In this document: in pieces, positions 53,060 through 64,000 of the stretch
Layout: each line of letters opens with the position of its first letter
Numbering within the stretch: position 1 is the first letter of the stretch
NCBI GenBank assembly: GCA_973895155.1
Contig: OZ316893.1
Coordinates: forward strand, 8,146,963 to 8,210,962
Direction of reading: 5' to 3'
Length of the DNA: 64,000 nt
From: Marsupella aquatica
Taxonomy: Eukaryota > Plantae > Marchantiophyta
The notes under the pieces: model-generated
Seen by the model: the letters and a program-made list of their open reading frames with translations, nothing else
Database searches by the model: none
Told to the model about the DNA's origin: nothing
Position numbers and translations under genes: made by a program

Positions 53060-53085
53060 ACCGTTATCAGTTGGTATCAGGAATC
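53060..53085 (+). mobile_element. Possible LTR 3' end plus tRNA-Met primer-binding-site remnant
   Basis: ...ttatca-gt-tggtatcag; no second LTR or gag/pol seen. Confidence 0.3.
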
Positions 53086-53889
53086 AGCTACTACCCTAAA
53101 GTCATTTGCATGTGGAACCTTCCCACTCAGCAGGGCTGAAAAGTGACTTAGCAAGGTTCATCAAGTGGACTTCTCCCTGTATATTCATCTGGTCAGGCTC
53201 TTGAGTGAAAAAATTAGGGAGGTTAACCAAGTGAGCACACCAACTAGAAATATCTGCAAGCAAAGGCACACCATTAAAAAGAGACAAATTCCTTTTCATC
53301 TGTGCATTTTGTCTAGCTAACTTAGTGACAAAACTTAGATAAGTCAAAATAGGCATGTAGTAGAATGAACATGCTATAATGACAACCAAGTGAGACACTA
53401 ATGTGGCTGTCCCTACCAAGGTTCTATGCAAGAAAAGTCCTCAAAATCAGTCGTGCATTTGTCTCTGTGCACAATGTCATCTGGCAGTACATTATTGAAC
53501 TTGCCCAAAACTATGTTCCTAGCAACTTAGTCTAGGGTCCGGTAGATGTAGTTTATGAAAGAAACCAAAATCTTGGGGGTGTTTGGCAAATACTGATGGT
53601 GGGAGAGGATGTAAGTTGGTGAATGCGGCAGCGCCATAGTTGGGCATATTACAAATCCTAAGTTTGCTCACTTGTCTTGGCTACTTTATTTTGCACATAT
53701 TTTTCTGTCAATGTGCATTAGACAAGATGAGTATGTTTTATTGGTTTTGCAATTTTTTCTTACGCTCGCTTGCCCCTAATGTTTTCATTTTTTTATGGTT
53801 AAATTGCAATTTTTCTTGGCCCCCCCCTCCTTGCCCCTGCCCCCCTAATGTTTTGATTTCTCTCTTCTAAGGACTTTCCTAACCACTAT

Positions 53890-54023
53890 ATTTTTTTTAA
53901 AATTTTTTTTAAGGGGAAGTATGTGAAACCCCAGAGAAAGGAACAGTCAACGACAACATGATTTCAACTCTAAATCAATGAGTCTCAAGTGAAGTTAGCT
54001 ACCACACAGCCATGCCTCTTTGG
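53890..54023 (-). mobile_element. SINE-like element, copy 2 (inverted, more diverged)
   Basis: Reverse complement of cccaaagaggcatg...tgtggtagct...tctggggtttcac...ccccttaaaa plus a T-rich tail. Confidence 0.65.
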
Positions 54024-54344
54024 GCCACTATATTTTTATTTTTAACCAGTATTTCCATATGTTTTATATTATTTATTTTGGCTATTTGGGGGAGCAATGG
54101 TCTTACTCCCACAGCCTTCAACCCACAATTATCAAATTCACCAGCTTTCTGTTTTTCTCCTCAAGTTTTCTTTCAAACTTATGGGTTTATAATCATCAGC
54201 TGTCAAAATAATGGGATCATGGTGTACTCCTTTTGGAAATGAATTGTTATCCCTGTTCCATTCTGCTTCAAGAAATGAACTACCAAATCAAACCTCCCCA
54301 GTATGACAACAAACCAACAAGTCATGTTCAAAGATGAGAAATTT

Positions 54345-54480
54345 GCCCAGAGAGGCATGACTTTGTGGTAGCTCACTTGAGTAAAGACTGATAGGTCTTG
54401 GGTTCAACTATTATGGTTAACTCTTTCCTTTCTGTGGGGTTTCAGAGATTTCTTAAAAATAAAAATAAAAATAAAAATGA
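54345..54480 (+). mobile_element. SINE-like element, copy 3
   Basis: agaggcatgactttgtggtagctcacttgagtaaagactgataggtcttgggttcaacta...ctgtggggtttca + (taaaaa)n tail. Confidence 0.7.
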
Positions 54481-57400
54481 GAAATTTGCAGCTCTCCTGA
54501 ATCACTTGCTGAATCACTTTTATCCAACCCCATTGGTTTCTTCTAATGCATGATCTTGTCTTGCTCAGTTTTGCAGGACAACACAAAAGCAGTGAAGTCC
54601 TGCAATTTCTATGAAGATGAAGACTCTATTTTGTTTATTGTTGAAGATGAAAAAAAGAGGCATGTCCTGTAGCTATTTTGATAGAGAATGGCAAATTCAG
54701 TGTCACATTCCAAATGACTCATGATATTTCGGTGCAATTCAAAACTGAACCAACTTATTTGAAAGGAATTGTTATCTGAAATGACTTCCTGACATTCACT
54801 GTGCAGATTAATGTGTCTTCCGTGACAGCTCATTGGATGCAGAAATGTCAGCTACATAATCCAAAAATGGTGGGATTGTGCATTATAGTCTCTACTGTTA
54901 GTATATTCATAACATTTCTTGCTCAGACTTGTCTAGTAGAGTTAACAGCAGGTTAATTTTTAACATTTCATACTCAAACTCGTCTAACATTCAACACCCA
55001 TAAATGAAATAAAGTACTTTCAGCTCACCCTCATATGGATCCCCACTATGAACTACAAGTAAATCTGTCTACGATGGTTTGTCCAAAACAACTCGTCAAT
55101 AGTTCTTGCTATTGGAAATCAGTTGGAATGTAAGAATTAAGGTCTCATATTATAGACCAAGCACATCCATAAACTTCTAATTATAAGACAATCTATATTT
55201 ATACAATTCTAAGAATCTTAGTTGCAGCTAACAACGCGCATTTTCTCAAGTGAGCCCATGATTATAACCAAATTTTTATGCTAAGAATAACTCCCAACTG
55301 CTTAAACACTTATTAAGTCTTGATTGCACCTCAATGGGTAGATGACAAGTTTAACAAGGCTCCGAATTATAGAGTTCTAGCTATGGGGTCCAGAATTTGT
55401 TGTGTCAATGGAGAAGTTGCTTCTTTGATAGTTTTGCAACAACATATAGCATGTTCATCCTGGAAATCTTTTTTTTTGTCTTGTAGTGTAGTAATTCATC
55501 TAATTTTAATTATGATAAAAGGAGAGAGTAGAATGATGTAAAGTACATATTAAAAAAATATACGTGCAAAATTTATTAACATATATTATTTTCTTATTAA
55601 GAATACATATTAAGAAAAACACATAATTAATTAACATCTATTATAATTAAAAAAACACATAATGACCAAGGAAAGTACAGAGGTACTCAAGAGTTGTGCA
55701 CGTAAGGTACGGATTTTGCTTGCTTCTAGATAATGACAATCAACTTACTCCTTTAAAACCATAAATTTTTGTAAAGGAAACCATTAGGGGAACTTAGTGC
55801 ACCACATGTGCACATTGTTCAAATCATTTCCCTCACTCTCATGATAAAAGATAAATTCACTAAGAGGGATTGAAAAGGAGAAATCAAAGCAGTTACGAGG
55901 GGATCCAAAATAAATTCAAAATACTCTAAGTTAACTAAAATTAAAAGGGGTCCAAAACTTAACTCAAAATCTAATTAATACAAATGATTCATCTTATTAA
56001 GGCACATTATAATCTAAATACTGGACCCAAAATCTGCATAAGGCAAAATATGAAAGTTGGATTCACCATATGGCAGTGTCAAAATGGAGAAGTTGCTTCT
56101 TTGAAAGTTTTGCAACAACAAATATGCATAACTACATTCAAAGTTCATGCGCAGCAGGGGCAATAATTCAAGTAAAAGTACAAAACTGGGCACTTGTAAG
56201 AAGGCTTGAGAGAAAAAAGAATGATGACTGTTTTTCAATCCAATTAAGATGATGTGTAATCTTGGCACAATTCCATCACTGGCAAACAATCGCTCCTTGA
56301 TAGACATTTAATCAAACTTTTTGTAGAAATCTTTTGGGTGCATCCACGTCTGATGCATCCACGTCTGATGGAATTCTGAATTGGGCACACCAATAACAAT
56401 TACCTGTGCATGGGGGTTCTTTGTAGACTTGTATTTTCTTTGTTTATCATGGGATCACCCAAGAATGTTGCATTTCCAGTTTGGATCAGGACTAATTAGA
56501 CCAAAAAACACTTAAATAGAAGCTACAATATCTATCCTTCTCGTTGAGGAGAGACATTTGAAGAGACATTACACATTGAAAGAGAATGGTGGGATTTTCG
56601 GGAGTGGGTGTATCTTGACAGGATTGCCATAAGCTTTAGCTCTCTAGTATGTAACTCAAACATCCTCTTCTTAACCTATTCAGGCTAGACTAGGCATTTC
56701 ACGTGCAAATTTCTTTATTATAATAATTTACATTACATTTGAATGACGATGACAGTACCGAGAAAATACAAACAGTGTGTATCTCATATTCACCAACAAC
56801 TCTACAAGAGGGGTTTCAACCACAAGCAAGCCAATCAGAGCTTATTTCTGGTCCAGGTAACAAAGAAACGTTACTCAATAAGGACATTTCCTGTACCCTC
56901 CAAAACGTTCACCTGTTAGGCATAAAAAACATATTTGCTATAAAAAGAGTTAGTTATTGTAGCTTATTATGCTTTGGTCAGCACCCATGGCAGCAATGTG
57001 CCTTAAAAGTTTCTCTCACGGACTATGCTGAGATTCACAATTACAGTACTGCTAGAAAACAAGTTTGCGTCAAAACTGTGTTCCCTAACTTTTGGAGAGA
57101 TATGAGGACTTTCACAACTAGAAATCTGCAAATAAGGAAGTATCCTAAATTTTGCATACAATTTTTTATGTGATGGTGTGCGGTAATTTGGTGGCCAATC
57201 ACAATGTGGTAGTGTGTCAACATGCTTTGGAGCACTCATGGTACTCAAAAAGGTTGGATAAGATTTGACCTGTCCGTAAAGCTAGCTTGTGAATATTGTA
57301 GTGCGTATTCTACAGAAAGTGTTCACAATAGAACCTATCCCCAAACTTGGGTTAACCAGGTATGACTGATGACCCTTTCTTGACAAAAAGTGGCGCAACA

Positions 57401-58604
57401 TCACAAAAGCAGCATGAAAGGAAAGATTGCATGCAAAGTTTCATGGCAACCAAATCAATGTAAACGAGTTTTTCAAAGGATAGGTCTATTATCATGACAC
57501 TTTGATATCCATTTTGTGGTCACGAGGCATACGATAATTCAATCAAGAAAATAAACACTACATTTTTAATATTTAAATTTTAAATTAATTCTTAGAACAT
57601 GAAAAAAATTACAATGGATTTATTTGATAAGCAATCATCCCATTGTTTTTAACCATTTCACAATCATTCATCAGTCTTCTTACTAGATCACCTCCTGGCT
57701 GGTTGTAAATTGATCACAAGATAGAATTACAGCGACTAATCATATACACATACCCAGATCACTAGTACAAAATGTTGAAGGTGTGTTCATGCCAACTTCA
57801 AGAGGGCGGAGAATCATGGTTGAGACAATGATTGTTGTGGGATATCCCCAAGCACACACCCTCAACATTTGTTGCCCAAAAGGCCATGAAATCTCAATGG
57901 TAGATAAGCAGTGCGATAACTTTACATTTTCTTTGTTTAATTCTCAGTCCTCTTGACTTGAAATGTGCATAACAGAAAATCCAGGGCAACAGCATTAGCG
58001 TTCTATTTTAAACTCAAAGTAGACCTGCATTCTCAAGGGTGGCTTAACAATAATAGATTGCAGCTCAATTCAAAACCATTCTTGATTCATTTGCAGAACA
58101 TCATGGTAGAATACTGCCAATCTAACTTACTGGTAAAGCAAGAAGCAATGACCAAATTTGAACAAACCTGGCTTGAAATGCATGGACTAGTATGTACTGT
58201 GCGTATCCATCAATGCAAATGGGACAGATTGCACCACACCTTCTATAAAATAAATACACGCCAACACCCTAAATAAACAGATATAGAATGGGGGACTCAA
58301 TCTTCTAATCATGTCCCTAAGAATATTGGATACCTTGGCAGGGCTGACTAATAGACAATGTTGCAAGAAGGAAGATAGGAATGGCTCAAAGTCTCAACGA
58401 ATGTGGAGATACCTACTGATATTGGACTTTGATGAAGCTGTTGTGCTGTCAAGATGTCTTTGGCTGCTAAACTTACTTCCAAGCGACATGTGATTATTTA
58501 ACAATGAGCTCCTATAATATATGGTGGTGACTAAAGAGAGTGTTTGTCAAAACGAATCATCAAAAGTTGAGGGAAGCACTTCTCACTTACACAACAGATG
58601 GTGC

Positions 58605-59141
58605 TCACTTCCCCTTGGATTTGCTTGCCCTTTTGAGGAACTTGCGACGTGATGCACCCAAAAAATTGATTTTCTTGAAAATTGAAAAAATTGTCTTCTT
58701 CCTTCTGCGCTTAGGGGCTGATGGGGGTGTCTTTTTCTTAGGAGATGATGGGGGTGTCATACTCTTCTTTAAACTCCGCCTTTTCATAAACAAAGCACCA
58801 AGGCCACACCAAGCATTTTTCATGTTCCACTTTGTTTGTTGCCATTTTGGGGGAGGGGAAAGGGGTGGTGATGGGGTACGGTACCCTTCTCCAAGCCGCC
58901 TTTTGGAGCCATACCAGAACCGCTTTCCAGATCGTTGAGAGGAGATGGAAGTTCTACTTGACCGTCCAGAGTAACGTGGAGGTGATGGAGATCTACTTCT
59001 TGTTCTGCTTCTCCGTGTTGATCTTGTCCCTTTTGCCGACTGAGTTGATGTGTAATGGATTCCCGAATGGAGTCTCCTATTCCTAGTAGAGGTTTGTTGA
59101 GTGCCTCCACCATTGGATGCTTTGGAAGCATCTGTTGTCAT
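58605..59141 (-). CDS. Highly basic Arg/Lys/Ser/Pro-rich ORF (178 aa); possibly the first exon of a longer or degenerate gene
   Basis: RSRTRSRSPSPPR, TPPSSPKKKTPPSAPKRRRKK; potential donor aa|gtgagc at its end; no recognisable domain. Confidence 0.35.
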   Translation of the reverse strand: MTTDASKASNGGGTQQTSTRNRRLHSGIHYTSTQSAKGTRSTRRSRTRSRSPSPPRYSGRSSRTSISSQRSGKRFWYGSKRRLGEGYRTPSPPLSPPPKWQQTKWNMKNAWCGLGALFMKRRSLKKSMTPPSSPKKKTPPSAPKRRRKKTIFSIFKKINFLGASRRKFLKRASKSKGK

Positions 59142-61577
59142 GGCTTGTCTAGGCCCTTATTATATCAACTCACTGAAGCAATTGAAAGTTGTTCACATAG
59201 AGCTTGATGTAGGAGAATCCTGTGCCCACAAACAGTTTACTGGCCATGTGCAGCCAGCCACCTTGCCCAAATGATTAACTAGTTTTCCCAAGATGATGGT
59301 CTAAAGAAAATACTCTTGATCTTGTAGAGAGATCATGCATGAAGCAGCTTACCACCATGCCAATGGCACCTGTTCCTGTAGATGGAGAAAGTTTCTCGAA
59401 TACCCATAGAATGATTGATTCTCACATGGATCCCGGCATGAATCTCATATTTGTCACTCACTTGTAGTTAGCCCCAATCATTTTGAATTAGCACTTTCAT
59501 GAGACTGATTTCTGTAGTCCCAGTTGTAGTGGGAGTTTTTTGTCAGTTGTCAAATAAATAATCACAAATCTTGACTTATCAACTTGGGGTTCAGAGCATG
59601 CTGATGTCTAAAGTAGGAGACAAAGTGAGGGCTGAATCAATGTGTCTGGTTTATTGCTTTCACAAAGATTGTATTGCATCAAAATAAATACCCATTGTCC
59701 ATATATTGATACTTATGTTATAAGTCCATAATTTCAGTGAGTCCATTATGTGGAGTGTCCAGTCATGGGAAATGTCTCGCCAATTGAGAAAATACATGAT
59801 TGCATAGACAGTCACATTGCCACAATAGTAGAGAGTTCAGTCTATTGCACTATTGGCACCCAAAATCCCACTCAAATGACTCAAAAATGTTGCACAGTTT
59901 CCGATTGCTTTAGTGGCTTCCATTTAATACCAAATTAAAAAAAAATCACGCTCTGCATAATTTTCCCATCATGCTCTTGTATTTCTATTCATTTGCACGG
60001 CTTTTTTGACCCAAGCTTCCCTCTTATTTTAGTTTTCTGATTTCTCTTTTGGGGTGTACCTGGTGGGTTACAGTTGTTGATACTCATTCAGTCTCCTGCT
60101 TATAGAAAATTTCACAACCATGGCATAATTATGTAATTGTCACATATTTGGTTTTCACTTCTTTCAGTCCATCCTACTAAATTTTAACAACACTAAAAAT
60201 GTTATAGATGTACCTGTTGGTAGAGAGTCATGTCCTTTCGTTATACCCTTTCAGCCCGTACATTCTGTAAATTTTAAAGACTTCAGTAGAATTTCAATAG
60301 ACGTTCAACTTGAATCCCATCAAGGCTGAGTATTGCTATATAGGGAATTTTGTACTGGGCGAAATAAAGGTGAAAAACTGAATGAACCAAGCCAAGCACT
60401 TATAACCCGTCTTCCAGACCAAGGTTTTGAACAGACGTAACAGCAATTACAAAAAAGGACACATCTGTTTGTTTCCACATTTTACCCTTGTTCAACGTAG
60501 ATTACATGGGGCTGAGACTCGACAACCAGGTGAAATTACCCATATGTGAGAGTATCACATCTGCAGATAGGGGTTAAATATTCACCAAAGGCTCACACGA
60601 TTGTGAACACAGCGTAGTTAAGAATAAACTTAAATACAATGTGTCCTAAGACCACTAGACCATGCTAATTTTGCAATTAAAGTGTTTGTAGCTCATTGTT
60701 TCAATGTGGGTTCAGTTAGAGATTACTCAACCAATAGAATAGACTCAAATTCTGAGCTAACGTACTAAGGATGTCTTTGCCTCCACAAGGGCCGATACAA
60801 AGATGCAGCAACAGCTTGACAAGTACACCATCAATCAGTATCATTTGTAATTGGACTGCTTAATTACCCTCAGCTTCAAAGAATCTGAGGAATAGCACGG
60901 CATTAATTTGAACATTAATGTGGTAAAAAACCAGTTCACATTTACCATTCTGGCACACCTCCTGGGCCCTCTGTCAATCGATACCATGTGACTTTCTTCC
61001 TAATTTGTACAAACCTGCCCTAAACATGATCCTCTACCTCATGAGTGATAATTTTACTTTGCTATAATGACTTGCACTCTATGTCATCAGTAATCGTAAG
61101 TGGAAGGAACTGTGCATTCACCCGTAAGCATGCATAGACCTTTATATAGGTTTTGTACTTGTATATTTGTCGGTTAATGCAGCCCTCTTTGCACTTACAA
61201 AAAGTGCAAAACGGTCTCCCAGAAGGGAAGACAGGGGCTCCGGTACACACGATGCCATTGTTAGTCAAACTTTACTTCAGTGTTGTGATGGACCCTAGTC
61301 TGTATTGTCAATTGTATTGTGACAAACTGTATTATCCAGCCTATTGTATTGGCTGAGCTATAGTTCATTATTGTGACTAGGGCTCTAAATTGGCTCCTCA
61401 AAGACTCGGGTACCATTATGTGAAAATTGTTGTCACTAACCATATTGTTGAGACTATTGTGACCACATAATTTCACTGTGATGGGGGCCCAAAAATGACC
61501 CCAAAACTCAAGATCCTCCATAGCATTGTCAAAACCATATTCTCACGCACCACAGTCTTGAGTCCATTTTGACCATA

Positions 61578-61813
61578 CAAGCCCTATGCCCGTGCGTTGC
61601 ACAGGGCAAGGAAGGCCGGCCCATAAGGAGTTGGGCCGGGGCATTTATGGGGTAGCAAGAAGCACATATGTGCAAAGGGTGCACATTTCCTCCATCAATG
61701 GTCAGAGAAACAGCCAATCGAATCCAACTATTGTGGGTCTTTCCCGCTCAGGAGCTTTTTTGTATTGGGGACCAAGGACGGAAAAAGATGAGATTCCTAA
61801 ATATGATTGTAGA
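61578..61813 (-). mobile_element. Short non-autonomous Helitron-like element upstream of plastocyanin
   Basis: On the minus strand: A|TCTAC...tgccctgtgcaacgcacgggca hairpin...CTTG|T; 5' end tentative. Confidence 0.5.
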
Positions 61814-61902
61814 TAGCTTTGGTCCAGGCCAGGATTTGCGCTTACGGAGTGTGCACTTAGAGAGGGGTTAGTACGTGCAGTATCGAACAGAAAGGGATCT
61901 TG

Positions 61903-61984
61903 CCTTATCGAGAGTCTATCCCAACCCACCAATGAGCAGCACTCTGAGCCAACACCATCCCGTGCTTCCTCCATCAGCCACGTC
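61903..61984 (+). promoter_or_regulatory. Light-responsive promoter motifs of plastocyanin: I-box (ccttatc 61903-61909), CCAAT (61929-61933), GCCACGT (61977-61983)
   Basis: Motif matches in expected positions ~240-320 bp upstream of the ATG, followed by a pyrimidine-rich leader. Confidence 0.5.
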
Positions 61985-62221
61985 CGATCACTCCACATCA
62001 TCCTGTCCTCTCACTCACTCGCTCAATCCACCCCTCATCCCGGCGCGTTTGCTTTTGCTGCTTTTGCAATCTCTGTCGGGCATCATAGCTGAGCCTCTGC
62101 GCCATTGCCCATTCAATCCCGACGCCCTCTCGTTTCACCATCGTTTCAGTCTCTCACCTTCACTTCACTTCAATTCAATCCAATTCAGCACAGTTCATCT
62201 CAGCACCGCTCTTCTTCAGCT

Positions 62222-62716
62222 ATGGCTTCCCTCGCAGCAGTCAGCTCCTTCTCTGGATTGAAGGTCCAGAGCTTGAAGATGTCCTCCGGCGTGAGGACCG
62301 CCAGCACCAGCTCGAGGGCGGCCACCGTCGTGTGCAGCGCAGGAAACCCATGGGAGAAGGTCGGAAAGGCCCTCGTCGCCACCGGCGCCGGTCTCTTGGT
62401 CGCCGTGTCCTCTGCCAACGCCGTAGTTGTGAAGCTCGGCGATGACAACGGAGCGTTGGTGTTCGAGCCCAGCGAGCTCACCGTCGCTGCCGGGGAGAAG
62501 ATCGTCTTCACGAACAATAAGGGATTCCCCCACAACGTTGTGTTCGATGACGAGGAAATTCCTTCAGGCGTGAAAGCTGGAGAGATCTCCAAGGAGAAGT
62601 ACTTGAATGCCCCGGGCGAGACCTTCGAGGTCTCGTTGACGACTCCCGGAACATACAGCGCGTACTGTGAGCCGCACCAGGGAGCAGGGATGGCCATCAC
62701 CATCACTGTGAAGTAG
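62222..62716 (+). CDS. PETE: Plastocyanin precursor, intronless, bipartite transit peptide
   Basis: [10 protein letters not shown] transit peptide; lumen signal ending SSANA; [15 protein letters not shown] and [10 protein letters not shown] carry the Cu ligands His, Cys, His, Met. Confidence 0.97.
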   Translation: MASLAAVSSFSGLKVQSLKMSSGVRTASTSSRAATVVCSAGNPWEKVGKALVATGAGLLVAVSSANAVVVKLGDDNGALVFEPSELTVAAGEKIVFTNNKGFPHNVVFDDEEIPSGVKAGEISKEKYLNAPGETFEVSLTTPGTYSAYCEPHQGAGMAITITVK

Positions 62717-64000
62717 AGAGTCCTCCATTAGAAACCGTGTATTTATCGTAACCCTCATAGTGCCGAGTGTACAGTAGAACAGGGGTTTTGTGGGTACGTG
62801 ACAATGTGGGTGCTCAAAGTAGCCCATCATCATTCGGTTTGTGTTCCGATTCTGCAGAGAGTTTTTTTCCTCTTCTGCCAGGGAAGATGCAATGCGCGCG
62901 GACTTTATTAAATCATGACTTTTAAAGTGAAGTGTACGATTGTTGCCTGTTTTGTGATTCTATGGAAGTTCGTACAGATCGAATGCAGCTCCCAGATTTT
63001 GCAGACTAGATGAGATTCTGTGCTATCTTCAGTGAGTCTTGACTGTGTCGCTCAAGCGCGGCCAAGAGATGATGAATTCGGTTTTGATGGGGTGACCGAT
63101 TGGTAACTCCTGCTGGGTCATCAACAGCTAGTAATGGGTAGCTTGTCGGGCAAATTAACCACCGTGAATCTGTCATTTCAGAACCTATGCCTAGGAGTTG
63201 ATATCTGTTGTTGTGCACTATCTTGTCTGAGGACAGGTGTGGGCTAAGCGAGGAAGAGAATCAGCCTACTCGAATTGTAGAACACAGGTCTTCCGAAGAT
63301 ATTTCTAAGAACATCCATCGTTGAGTCTGCCATGTATAGGTCTGACTTGTGAAAACACTCATGGATGGTTGCCCAAATGCACTGTTACCGTAATTGAGCA
63401 GTAGTAGTAAAGTAGCAGCAGCCTCGGACTTAATTGCGACCATTCCTAAGTTGTCGCTTACAAATCGCTTCGAGGCAGATTTCATCAGGAGCAACCAAGC
63501 TGAACCACAGCACAGGGTACTCATTTCTTAGACGATCTGACGGATGCGCTGAAGCTTCGTAAAGTGAGGATTGAATTGAAAGAACTTGCTTAGTATTAAT
63601 GCTGTGGATGGAAGGCATGGGAATCACCTAGCTTTGGTTTGCATAAGAAACGCGCAATTCACTCACGGATCCAACCCTGTCCCGGTACCAATTGGGCATG
63701 GAGGGTGGCATGGAGGGTCCAGTCACAATCTCCACCGTTACAGTTTGTAGCCCAAGTATTGTGTTGGGGTTCCTCCCAAGTAGTCTTCCGAGTCATTCAA
63801 TGAGGACTCGATTGCCGGAGTCCTGACACCCGGCGAGCTCCTTCCACGTAATTTGACGATGCTCTGACATAACGACGGTGCTTCAGCATGTCATAGTCAT
63901 TTGCTTTCAGTTTTAATCCTGCAGCCAAATCTGCTAGGGCGTCATTCGCTTCAAGACACCCCTCTCCCGGAACATAAATGCCCTGTAATCGTCCGTCATC

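Noticed and set aside
62200-62706. 168-aa minus-strand ORF
   Set aside because: Antisense shadow of plastocyanin

Overview
Eukaryotic nuclear DNA from a land plant, most likely a non-seed plant such as a bryophyte (inferred from spliceosomal introns, long intron-containing leaders and a plastocyanin with the short algal/bryophyte-type 57-61 loop). Six genes look intact: a PPR-SMR protein (1622-5295 +), a SNF2-RING-helicase of the CHR27/CHR28 (FRG)/RAD5-16 type (10896-18597 +), an intronless secreted ApoD-like lipocalin split by a ~220-aa helical insert (20730-22235 -), ABCE/RLI (38007-42397 +), sphinganine C4-hydroxylase SBH (48837-50433 -) and plastocyanin (62222-62716 +). Two 5'-only ABCE duplicates each cover essentially just the Fe-S-domain exons. 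One lies directly in front of the PPR-SMR gene, where it looks like a captured spliced leader/uORF with a newly evolved palindrome. The other is a dead copy followed by a region holding a decayed Crypton/DUF3504-type tyrosine recombinase. Intergenic DNA contains MITEs, tRNA-derived SINEs, Helitron ends, a truncated LINE and several tandem repeats. Exon boundaries were read by eye from splice signals and reading-frame continuity; no database searches were run.
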